Assembly (NCBI GenBank): GCA_964247055.1
Contig: OZ176058.1
Span: forward strand, 3,162,001-3,226,000
Reading direction: 5' to 3'
DNA: 64,000 nucleotides
From: Paragordius varius
Lineage: Eukaryota > Animalia > Nematomorpha
In this document: piece after piece, positions 14,401 to 25,100 of the stretch
Position numbering within the stretch: position 1 is the first letter of the stretch
Layout: the number at the start of each line of letters is the position of its first letter
Position numbers and translations under genes: made by a program
Notes under the pieces: generated by a model
The model's input: the letters and a program-made list of their open reading frames with translations, nothing else
Database searches by the model: none
What the model was told of the DNA's origin: nothing

Positions 14401-14647
14401 CGTTACCAATATACATATACATTTCTTACATTTTTACTCAAAACCATAGACTATTTTTTTATTTTTCATCTTTATACTTTATATATTAATGTAATTCTAA
14501 TTTATAATTAAGTAAAATATGAAATATTAGCTTTCCAAAAAATGCATCTGTGTATAATTTAATGAAAAATTCTCTATTTTTATAGGAATGTCATTTCTTG
14601 ATATTAGTGAAGGAAATGGATTTGAAAATTCAAGTTTGATGGAATAA
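58..14647 (+). CDS. DHX9/RHA-1/maleless-like DEAH-box RNA helicase, 3' part (5' exons lie before the window); join(58..237,2172..2388,3510..3680,6207..6328,8400..8537,9621..9772,10472..10780,12696..12914,13706..13990,14586..14647)
   Basis: All ten exons are bounded by AG/GT with matching phases (2,0,0,2,2,1,1,1,1) and no internal stop until TAA 14645-14647. Translation QLDILVALLNIGFNPNICYLL...PNIPFFIFTEK-VLSRNRYINDLSLVSPLQFLLFG...IITINDW-IRIKMDSHLLAKLILLRGAFDKMI matches from memory the DHX9 OB-fold region (LDVVISLLAFGVYPNVCY...SPFFVFGEK...MTLVTPLQLLLF...VLVDDWIKL). Orthologue versus paralogue is not resolved, so no symbol is given. Confidence 0.85.
265..631. mobile_element. MITE family A copy (TIR CCATTTACA(A/G)TTCAAATTCACCC..., internal 21-nt repeats, TA TSD)
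   Basis: The left arm of AACAATTCAAATTCACCCTTG repeats is mirrored by GGGTGAATTTGAATTGTT at the right end. Other copies lie at about 1011-1255, 8599-8853, 10800-11293, 14157-14292, 27810-28030, 51009-51281, 62265-62502 and 63177-63476. A clean TA...TA flank is seen at 14157 and 63177. Confidence 0.85.
1376..1645. mobile_element. MITE family B copy (Tc1/mariner-like: TA|CAGTAAAAATTGAAATTATACGGACAAAACG... about 90-nt TIR, about 270-290 nt)
   Basis: TIR CAGTA...TACTG with TA TSD. Most abundant repeat in the window; further copies at about 2705-3010, 4951-5218, 6778-7053, 10185-10461, 17230-17514, 17658-17920, 22013-22678, 23120-23406, 23972-24256, 24505-24916, 26229-26522, 27100-27390, 36519-36805, 39048-39293, 50350-50603, 52420-52655, 61864-62147 and 63056-63593 (approximate). 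Confidence 0.85.
2172..2388 (+). CDS. Helicase exon B (NPNKEIND...LTLQQLDI)
   Basis: tttttctag acceptor, ATT|gtaagt donor; phase fits exons A and C. Confidence 0.8.
3510..3680 (+). CDS. Helicase exon C (LVALLNIGFNPNICY...PFFIFTEK)
   Basis: ttattctag acceptor, AAG|gtattt donor; overlaps ORF 3513; DHX9-like motif. Confidence 0.88.
3782..4859. repeat. Tandem array of 8 MITE-A left arms (about 100-125 nt units) closed by a single right arm
   Basis: CATTTACAGTTCAAAT-like unit starts at about 3783, 3882, 4003, 4123, 4243, 4367, 4490 and 4589; right TIR GTAAATGG at 4852-4859. Confidence 0.9.
6207..6328 (+). CDS. Helicase exon D (OB fold: VLSRNRYINDLSLVSPLQFLLFG...IND)
   Basis: ccag acceptor, TG|gttttt donor; the split TGG (Trp) codon is completed by exon E. 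Confidence 0.88.
7455..8480 (+). repeat. Six-unit tandem array (about 175-200 nt) of the intron end plus first about 80 nt of helicase exon E
   Basis: TTGCAT(A/G)TAAAA...ATAG|GATTCGTAT(A/T)AAAAT recurs at about 7470, 7650, 7820, 7995, 8180 and 8380, with similarity rising toward the real exon. Confidence 0.85.
8400..8537 (+). CDS. Helicase exon E (IRIKMDSHLLAKLILLRGAFDKMINVVCQD...)
   Basis: ataatag acceptor, CA|gtaaat donor; last unit of a tandem array of exon-start copies. Confidence 0.82.
9621..9772 (+). CDS. Helicase exon F (IHQNHDGMEPRIAKSCIIRDVIFALTNL...)
   Basis: gaatag acceptor, G|gtatgt donor; phase 2 in, phase 1 out. Confidence 0.78.
10472..10780 (+). CDS. Helicase exon G (low-complexity, Tyr/Pro/Asn/Arg-rich)
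   Basis: cacattag acceptor, C|gtaagt donor; lies inside ORF 10339. Confidence 0.8.
10800..11293. mobile_element. MITE-A copy with an expanded 21-nt minisatellite (about 13 units)
   Basis: AAACAATTCAAATTCACCCTT repeated over 10800-11085; degenerate right arm at 11260-11293. Confidence 0.85.
12696..12914 (+). CDS. Helicase exon H (Pro/Arg-rich: RPRPSFYPPPP...RRPPFGGLPRRPVFYGRPR)
   Basis: GC-rich island, tatccag acceptor, A|gtaatt donor. The - strand ORF 12740..12928 is its antisense shadow. Confidence 0.82.
13706..13990 (+). CDS. Helicase exon I (NRYGSPRGGLYPFYGPNG...ELDRS)
   Basis: cgtag acceptor, G|gtaaaa donor; contains the frame of ORF 13774. Confidence 0.82.
14586..14647 (+). CDS. Helicase terminal coding exon J (GMSFLDISEGNGFENSSLME*)
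   Basis: tctatttttatag acceptor, phase 1, TAA at 14645. Confidence 0.65.
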
Positions 14648-16132
14648 TGTACATCTAATTTTTATAAAAATGTTTTTTGTTCTTACTAATTTAAATTAAT
14701 ATTTAATTTGTGATTTTGATGAGTATCTTTTAATTTCATTCATCTCGTAATTGTGTAAATCAATAAATGAATATTTTGTGGGTTATTGATGTTTTACAAC
14801 TATTTTTTAGTTAGCTATTTTAAATTAATTTAACTATGCATGGCTATTTTAATGGTTTATTGTTATATTTTAAATTTATATTTGCCTCTTTTGAAAAAAA
14901 TATTTAATGCGAATATCTTATTAACAACTACCGTTTCGCCATGTTCTTATAATATCATAAAATACAGCTTATTGAAAATTTTAACAAATTATCCATTTTT
15001 ATAAACATCATGTCATAATACCATATATTGAAAAAATGAGAAACTTAAAATTTTTCGATCCATTGCAAAGGCGGCAAAGACTATTTAATTAATGGACAAT
15101 ATTTGATAATTAAAATTTAACTAAAACAACTTTCATAACTGTAGTGTAATTAAAAAATTGAGCTCTAGGATATTTATCTACCCCAAAAAAACAGGACAAA
15201 AAAATGTAATGGAGTGTTAAAGCTAATTTTTTTTGAATTGATATACACAAAATAAGTGGATATATTATTTTTATATTTAGCTAATTCACACCTGTCATTT
15301 TGAAATTTTTATCTTGAATTTATAATGTTGTCACCTTTCTGCCAACATTTTCTGATATGTATTATCATTTTAACAATAAATCTCATTAAAAATTATCTTC
15401 TACCTAAAGTTATGCGGGCTTTTTATCAAAATCTGACTAAATATTGTTCTTTGATAAACAAATGCCATTTGTAATATATTTGAAAGAAAATTAAAAACTC
15501 GATATCGATAGTTTATATTGAAGATGGGAAGTGACAAACCCGCGAACCGAGAATGTTCTTCTTTATTAATTTTTGAAACTACTATATAATAGCTTAAACT
15601 TTGTGTAGATGGCAATGAAATTTAAAATAACACAAAAATGTTTTTTTAATTATAAATTTATTTACTACTTTTATGTTATTTAAAAATCCATTTTTTGTTT
15701 TTTTAATACCATCATCTCATTATTATTTATTTTCTTTTTAAGGTTTATAATTATTTCAATGACTAGAAACAAAGTTTAAAGTATACTTGATCTTTTAATA
15801 GTTCCTTTTTGTGGTTAAAATTTTTACCCTATAATAAGTCAAAAATATCGTCAGGATACCTAATTTAAAAATCATATAAATTATTTTTAAATAATTATAG
15901 GGTAGTATAAATGAAAAATTTGACAAATAATTATTCTAAAAATTATATTACCTAGCGAATATTAAAATGCCTAGTTATAATTAAATTTGGAACAGTATAA
16001 AATATGGCTATATATCTAAAACAACTTCGGTTTAACATCAAATCAGGGTCAAAAATTTACGATAAACTAAGGTCCTGCCATTTTTTTCAGATATATTATC
16101 TATGTACTTTAATGTGATTTAAATTTATTATA

Positions 16133-19100
16133 ATGGCACTTAAAAAGGTCAAAATTTATAGTCTGGTGATATGCATCAAAAATATAATAACCAAAAAATT
16201 TTTTCAATGATTTTGCTTGGTAATTTCATGAATATTTGGCCTTAAACAGGTTTAAGGCTCTCAAAAATTCCATTTTAATCAGAGGACCTAAATATATATA
16301 GATCGTCTTTTTTGGTTTTATTAATGGCAGAAAATAAATTTATCAGCTGCTAGTCTTTTGGCGTTAAGCTGCCATATGCAAAAAACGCATGGTATGCTTG
16401 GAAATATTTTTACAAAAAATTTTACCTTTAAAACAATATACAATCGCGTAATCGATGACATAAAAGCAAACATTATTAAACCGCCTAAAACTCTGCGTTT
16501 GGCAACATTAAAGTAACTTATTTTATATTAATTAATAGGTATCCTTACATCCCTTTATCATATAAATACATTGAAACTGAACTGTCAAAAAGTTATAAGG
16601 ACAATGATAACAACGCATTTTTTACATTTTCAAATCTTCTTCAAGCCTTAGTCAAACAGCATATCATCGAATTCGTAATTTAATAATAATAACTGAAAAA
16701 AATTAAAAAGATATCCATTTTTGATTTCATTATTAATTATTTTAGCCAACAAAGAATACATTTCATGAAAATATGAATCAAATAACACAATTTGCAAATT
16801 ATACCGAAATATCAACTGAGACCTTAAAACAATTTTTAGATCAACCTGTATTTTCTCATGGGTTAAAGGTAAGCCTTTTTATACAAATCATTAATTATTA
16901 AATATATATATTAATATATATTATATTTATATTTAATTTATAATATATATAATTTGCCTAGCTATACATTTAAATTTAAAAAAACCTAACTTTATAAAAT
17001 TTTGACCAAAGACTTTAACAATTTTTTAATAGTTTTCTATCATCCAAAAAATATAATCGGGGCTTTTTTACATCCTATGTTCCTAAAAGATATTTAAACA
17101 ATTATCGTTTTGTTTTCCAAATTAAAACCCCAAACCTTTATGAAAAAAATTTTTAATTTATTTTCTTTATTTTATAATTACAATATTGCTTTTAACAATA
17201 TTTTTTATTATATATATATATTTGGAATTTTATTATTTTTTATGGCTTACAGTAAAAATTGGAATTATACGAACAAAACGTTAAAATATAACGATTAATA
17301 TTTTTTAAGGCAACCACACTTTTTTAATCTTGATTTTTTAAATATAATTCATAGTTTCAAACTACAAATTATAATATAGATATCAATTATTTACGCTTGT
17401 AATTAAATGTTTTTTATACGATAAATTAAAGTTTAAAAAGTATGGTGGTTGTCTTTTCAAAGAAAAATTGTTATATTTTTACACTTTGTCCGTATAATTT
17501 CAATTTTTACTGTAATTATTGTTTTGTGGCATTCTTGCTATCTGTAAATTTGAAAAACGAACCCAAATTTAAATAATTAAAAACGATTGAGCTGTAATAA
17601 ACGATTTATATACAATACTTTTTATTATGAAGGTAAAACATAGATTTCCAAGAGATACAGTAAAAATTGAAATTATACGGACAAAACGTAAATATAAGAC
17701 AATTATCTCAAAGATAAGCAACCATACTTTTTAAAACCTTAATTTTGCTTATATAAGCTATTTAATTACAATCGTAAAATAAAGAATTGATTTTATATCT
17801 ATTTAAGACTTTGTCATTTAAAACAATGAGTTATATTGAAATAAATCAAGATTTAAAAAGTTGTTTTAGAAAAAAAATTGTCTTTATATTTTTACGTTTT
17901 GTCCGTATAATTTCAGTTATTTTTTAAATGTATAAAGACAACACATCCATACTTTTTAACCGAGTTTTTTTCTTTATAATAATAAATAACTTGTGTATTA
18001 CCAATTTACATCTCTAAAAAACAATACCATAGGCTAGATTTATAAGAAGCAAAATCAAAAATATAGATGTCATTTATTTTATAAATATTTGTCTAAGTTT
18101 TTTACCTTGTGTCTTTATGATATCTAATATCCATTGTAATTCAAATTATGCTGACAAAAATATGTAAAAACATTAAGATAAATATTTTCTCAAACCTTAA
18201 TTTTTACCACATAAACTATTCAATTACAATTTTTTAAGGAAAGTTTGTATAAAAAATTTTTATCTATATTCTCTATTGGTAAACCATCTAACACTTATAT
18301 TCACTATTTACTCTTTTACAGATTAAATTGTCAACCAAAGAATTTTGGCGACAAAATAATGACATTAAGGCATGGTGGATTCAGAACAAAGCTGCCCACG
18401 AATTTTTATCAGTTAACTCGTTAACTAAGGCAAAATCCAGTCAAAATTTATCGAATTACTTTTTGATTCCCGAAAAACCGAATTCACAAAATCAATCTCT
18501 TGCCTCAATAGAAAACACTCAAAAAAATTTGGATTTTACAGACAAAAAAGATAAATACTTTCAAAATCATTTTTTACTTGCCTGGGGCGAAAAAGATGCC
18601 ACATCTAACAATCATGTCTGCATATTTTCTAGTTTAAATCCTACTTTTTATCAAACTGTTAATGTTTTAAACTCTGCTCTTCTCAAACGTATTTATCAAA
18701 CTGTTCAACAAAACAAAAATCAAAATCATTTAAAATTGTTTCCGTTCTTTTCCAATCGGAAAAAACAAGTAGTTTTGAATTCCTCCTCTGTAATGACTTT
18801 TAGTTTTAGCGCTCCAAAAAATATGCTATTGTTTCTTTCAACATTGCTTGGTTTAAGTGGATTAACTATGAACACGTTCACCCATTCTCTATTCCACGTT
18901 TCATTAATTCTAAATGACATTTTGTCTTTTGTAATCCTTGGGTTTGTCATTAAAATTTATACGTGGGATAAATTGAATGGCATTATATCATGGTTGTTAA
19001 CTTGTGATAATATTAACAAACAAATCATGGAATCAAAACTACCATATTATTCTAAAGTAATTTTTTAATTTTTTTAGGAATTTAAGATTTTTTTGGGGGT

Positions 19101-22100
19101 TTTATAGTTTAAAATTATAAAAAACGTTAAAATATAAAGACAAATATGTTATTTCAAAAAACAACCATACTTTCAAATTCACCCTTGAACAATTCAAATT
19201 AACCCTAAAAATAAATTATGTGTTTTCGAATTAATTATAACTCATTATTAATATATAACACAGTGTGCAAAATTGGGGGTATTTTTTTTCTCAGGATATC
19301 ATATTAAGCTTAATATAACCGTTGTGACATGGACATCCTAAAAATATAAGGATAAAAAAAATTGTCAATATAGAAAACTTTTTTTTAACTTTTCCCATAT
19401 ATGGATAAATTCGGAAAAAATCAATTTATTTGCATAATACTTGATCAAAAATTATAAAACTTAGATATCATATAAATAATATTAAATAAATATTATTTGC
19501 AAATTTTGGCTCAATATGAATGGATAAAATTAAATTAAACGTCAATTTATTAAATCCAACTAAATTTAGCCCTTTATATTAGTAACATAAAAAATACTTG
19601 ATGAAAATCAATATAATATGCGCCAAAATTTAAGTTAAACTTTATATTTTAATATAAATATTACTTAAATATAATAAAAAATAGATTTTAACTAAGTTAA
19701 AAACTTTTGAAATTTTTTATTTTACTTAAATAAAATTAAATTTTTTAATATCAACTGTAATATAATCATATCTAGTGATTACAAATATAACCATATTTTT
19801 TTTACCTGGATTTTTGAATTGTAGATGATATTGACTGTTGTACCCTGATATGATGGTATATTTTATAATATAGAAAAATATTGTGGAATTCAGATTACCA
19901 AGATATAAAAAACCAATGTAATCTATTGTAAAAATCATATTTTAAAGACAAACTTGCTAATCACAAGCAAACATCCACCAGAAAATTATATTTTGATACA
20001 TTATGTTTATTGTGTAATAAATCTAAATATAATATATTTTTCTAAATCTAAAATTGTTTACTTGTTTTTGAACACCTTTTAATAGATTTAAATATAAGAA
20101 TTTAAAGAAATGGTACTCAACAAAAAATTAAAAGGGCTGCAAAATCTTGTCTCATGAACCGTGCATTATACTATAACTATAAAAACTTGCAAACATTTAT
20201 ATTAAAAATAAGTATATAAACGCCAAAAATAAAACTCCTCCAAAGATTTCTATTTTTAATGTTGAGTTCAAGAATTGGTTTCTCTTAAATTACCCATTCT
20301 ATAAAACTCCTCCATAGATTGCTATTTTTTGTTATGTTGAGTTATGCCGGTATTCAAGCACACAATAATTTTAAGTTAATTCTTCAAATCAAAAATGTAA
20401 AATTTAAAAATCTTCAGAATACGGCCAGTTTTTTAATGAATTATTTTTTAAAAAACGGTTTATGGCAAAAGAAAGTGTTAAGTGTACATCAGTTTTACCA
20501 AAACTTCAGCTCTAAAAGCTTATTTATGGCCTTGAATTATCAATTAAATTTTATGTCATACTTATTTTTAATATAAATGTCTGCAAGTTTTTATAGTTAT
20601 AGTATGTTGCACGGTTCATGAGACAAGATTTTGCAGCCCTTTTAATTTTTTGTTGAGTACCATTTCTTTAAATTCTTATATTTAAATCTATTAAAAGGTG
20701 TTCAAAAACAAGTAAACAATTTTAGATTTAGAAAAATATATTATATTTAGATTTATTACACAATGAACATAATGTATCAAAATATAATTTTCTGGGGAAT
20801 GTTTATGTGATTAGCAAGTTTGTCTTTAAAATATGATTTTCACAATGGATTCCATTGGTTTTTCATTGTTATCTTGGTAATCTAAATTCCACAATATTTT
20901 TCTATAATTTTTATAAAAAATACCATCATATTAGGTTACAACAGTCAACATCATCTACAATTCAAAAATCCAGGTAAAAAAAAATATGGTTATATTTGTA
21001 ATCACTAGATATGATTATATTACAGTTGATATTAAAAAAATTTAATTTTATTTAAGTAAAATAAAAAATTTCAAAAGTTTTTAACTTAGTTAAAATCTAT
21101 TTTTTATTATATTTAAGTAATATTTATATTAAAATATAAAGTTTAACTTAAATTTTGGCGCATATTATATTGATTTTCATCAAGTATTTTTTATGTTACT
21201 AATATAAAGGGCTAAATTTAGTTGGATTTAATAAATTGACGTTTAATTTAATTCTATCCATTCATATTGAGCCAAAATTTGCAAATAATATTTATTTAAT
21301 ATTATTTATATGATATCTAAGTTTTATAATTTTTGATTAAGTATTATGCAAATAAATTGATTTTTTCCGAATATATCCATATATGGAAAAAGTGAAAAAA
21401 AAGTTTTCTACATTGACAATTTTTTTTATCCTTATATTTTTTGGATGTATATGTCACAAGGGTTATATTAAGCTAGGTATGATATCTTGAGTAAATTTGT
21501 TGCACACTGTGTAATATATATCTTTATGACATAGTTTATTATTTTTTCAGTATTAGTTTAATTTAAGACAAAATTTTATTTTTTGAAATTATATTTAAAT
21601 ATAGGTTTATTAATCTTAAAAATTATATATAATTTATTTAAGGGTGAATTTGAATTGTTGGAGGGTGAATCGAATTGTTTAAGGGTGAATTTGAATTGTA
21701 AACTACTCTTTATTCCCTCAACGCCTTTTTTCAAAATTGAAGATGGTTAAGTTAAGGTAGAATTTGATTTTGGATTTCCAAGAGGTTCTACTTAACAATC
21801 TTTAAGTTTTATGTTCTTAGATCATCGGAGATTGGAAAAGAATAGGTTTTAATAGTGCGGAAATATTGTTAAATATTTGTAGCTAATTATCAGGTGGCCT
21901 TCTGTAAATATGACCTGACCATTTAAGCCCTATTTGGCATGAATTTTTTATATATAAGACATTTTTGTTACAATGGTAAAATTTGATTTAATACATATTT
22001 ATACATATTTTGCAGTAAAAACTGAAATTATACGGACAAATCGTAAAAATATAAAGACAAATATTTTTTTATAAAAGAACAGCCATACTTTTTTAATCTT

Positions 22101-25100
22101 AATTTATTTCAATTCATTGTTTTAAACTACAAAATTTAATATAGAAATGTAAATTGATTATAACACTAATTTTGTATTTTATGATTGTAATTACAGTAAA
22201 AATTGAAAATTATACGGACAAAACGTAAAAATCTAAAGACAAATATTTTTTTATAAAAGACAATCCATACTTTTTAAATCTTGATTTATTTCAATATAAC
22301 TCATTGTTTTTAACTATAAAGTTTAATATAGATATGTAAATTGATTATAACACTAGCAAATATGTATTTTATGATTGTAATTACAGTAAAAACTAAAATT
22401 ATACGGACAAAACATAAAATTATAAAGACAAATTTCTTTTTATAAAAGACGACCATCCATAATTTTCAAATCTTGATTTACTTCAATATAACTTATTGTT
22501 TTAAATTTCAAAGTCTGAAATAGAGATATATATTACTAACACAATCAATTCTATGTTTTACAATTGTAACTAAATAGCTTTTATGAGAAAAATTAAGGTT
22601 TTAAAAGGTATGAGGTTGTCTTTTAGATAAAAATATTTGTCTTTTTACCTTTTGTCCGTATAATTTCAATTTTTACTGTACTTTGCAGTTTAAAACAATT
22701 ATTTATATTTAAAAAAATTTTAGTTTAACATCACAGCCGTCTTTTAGGATAAAAAACTATTTGTCTTTATGTTTTTACGTTTTGTTTTTAATTATTTTAC
22801 TTTTTACTGTATGTTTTCCTTACTAATATTTTTAATCCTCTTTCATACTATAACTTATATGGTTTAGTTATTTTTTAATATATTAGTCTTTTTGATATTT
22901 TTTATTTAAAATTTATAGATCAGTAAATCGAAAAATATCCAAACATCCGAAGAAATAATCTCTATTTCCCCCGAAAAATACGAAAATTCATTCCTAAATA
23001 TCAACCAAAATATCGACTATTCAAATTTTCAGTATGTCTTTTACTCCCTTTTTGAAAGCTTATATTGGCACATTCATAATATTTAAAATTTTTTATATAT
23101 AGACAAAATTTAAAAATTACAGTAAAAACTGAAATTATAGGGACAAAATGTAAAAATATAGTGACAAATATTTTTTTTCAAAAGTGAACCATACTTTCTA
23201 AAACCTTAGTTTTTGCTATATAAAATATTTAATTACAATCGTAAACTACATAATTGATTGTGCTACCAAATTACATTTCTATTTAATATTTTGCATTTTA
23301 AAACAATCGCTTATAACAAAATTAAGATTTAAAAAGTATGGTTTTCTTTTAGAAAAAAATATTTGTCTTTATATTTTTACGTTTTGTCCGTATAATTTCA
23401 ATACTGTAAAAGACAAATATATTTTTAAATAAAAACAATTATACTTTTTTAAAAATAATTGTTTTTTTATATAGCTCATTATTTTGAATTGCAAAATAAG
23501 GAATAAATTGTAAATTTATATAACTCAATTATATATCTCTTTAAAATTGTGTTTTGTATACCAAAAAATTTTAAAGAATATAGTTTTGTTTTTTATAAAA
23601 AAATATTTGACTACTAGTTGTTACATTTTTTTAATATAATTATTATTTATAATATATATTGTTCAAATACATATATTGGAATTATACGGACAAAATGTAA
23701 AATATATAGAATATTTTTTATTAGACTAACATACTTTTTAAACCCTAATTTTTCTCATATAAGTTATTTAGTTACAATTAAATATAGAATTGATTGTGTT
23801 AGTATTACACTTTGCCTGCCATTTCAATGTTGTTTTGAAAAAAGCATTTAAAAAGTATGGTTGTCTTTTATAAAAAAAATATATTTTTCGTTTTGTATGT
23901 ATAATTTCAATTTTTACTATATTGAAAATTTGTTCTTTTATTGTTAAAATATTATATAGACATAAAAATTACAGTAAAAACTGAAATTATACGGACAAAA
24001 CGTTAAAATATAAAGACAAATATTTTTTTTTAAAGACAATCAAATTTTTTAAAAACTTAATATTTGCTATATATTATAAATATATATTTACTAGTAAAAT
24101 TGATTGTAGTACCAATTTACATTTATATTTTATATTTTGCAGTATAAAATAATGAGTTTTATTGAAATAAATTAAGATTTACTATGGTTTTGTTTTAGAA
24201 AAAAATATTTGCCTTTATATTTTTACGTTTTGTCCGTTGAATTTCAGTTTTTACTGTACTTTAAATAGCTATTTAAAGAAAGAAAAAGACCGAATTTTTA
24301 ACCGAAATCGTAAATGTCTCATCTTATATCTGAAATTGTCAAATAATTGAGTATTTTATTATTTTAAATAAATTTTTTATTTTAATTTTTAATTTAGAAC
24401 GGTTCCAGTGCTACAAAAATTGGTTGAAACCGGAATTGAACAAACTCAAATGGAATGTTTGCTTTTTTACAATTTTCTCATGCTTGCAAAAAAGCGAAAT
24501 AATACAGTAAAATTAAATTTATACCGACAAAACTTAAACGTATAAACAATTTTTTTGTTAAAAGACAATTATAATTTTTTTATTTTTTTAGCGATGAAAA
24601 TGATTTAATTAGAATTTATTCATAGATTTTATTAATAGGCATCTTTTTTTTATTTTGCAAGTTAAAACAATGAGATGACAAAACGTAAAATTAAAAGATA
24701 ACCATATCTAAATCTAGATATTTTTTAAACAAAACCTAAGGTATGCAATATTTAAAAATAGAAATGTAAATTAGTAACATATATTGAATTATATTATGTT
24801 AAAATTATATATTTTCTATGCTGTAAATATTACGGTTTAAAAAGTGTTATGGTTGCCTTTTTTTAAAAAAAACTTAATTTTTTTATGTTTTGTCTTAACA
24901 ATTTCAATTTTTATTTTAAAAAGGAATATGAAAAAAATGAACCACAAATTTCTGATACCACAAACTATGCTAGTCATTATACATATATGGACTCGTCTTT
25001 TGTGGATTTTAATGGTAAACTATTTTTTGAATTGAAAAATAATTCTTTAAAAAACAAATTAGTAAGCATAGTGTCAACGAGAACAAATAATTTATTTAAA

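Noticed and set aside
14762-14767. AATAAA as the helicase poly(A) signal
   Set aside because: Plausible position, but the hexamer is too frequent in this AT-rich DNA to call.
15400-15615. - strand ORF between the helicase and TMEM143
   Set aside because: No recognisable motif and no phase-consistent partner exons were found.
16081-16090. TTTTTTTCAG as a nematode-type trans-splice acceptor
   Set aside because: Compatible, but equally an ordinary acceptor; the taxon is not established and no SL RNA is present.
20319-20576. ORF in the foldback spacer as a transposase
   Set aside because: 85 aa, composition typical of AT-rich noise, no DDE or DNA-binding motif.
21821-21845. 25-nt micro-exon candidate (IIGDWKRI) in TMEM143
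   Set aside because: It would shift phase and create a stop in the next exon; the neighbouring exons join correctly without it.
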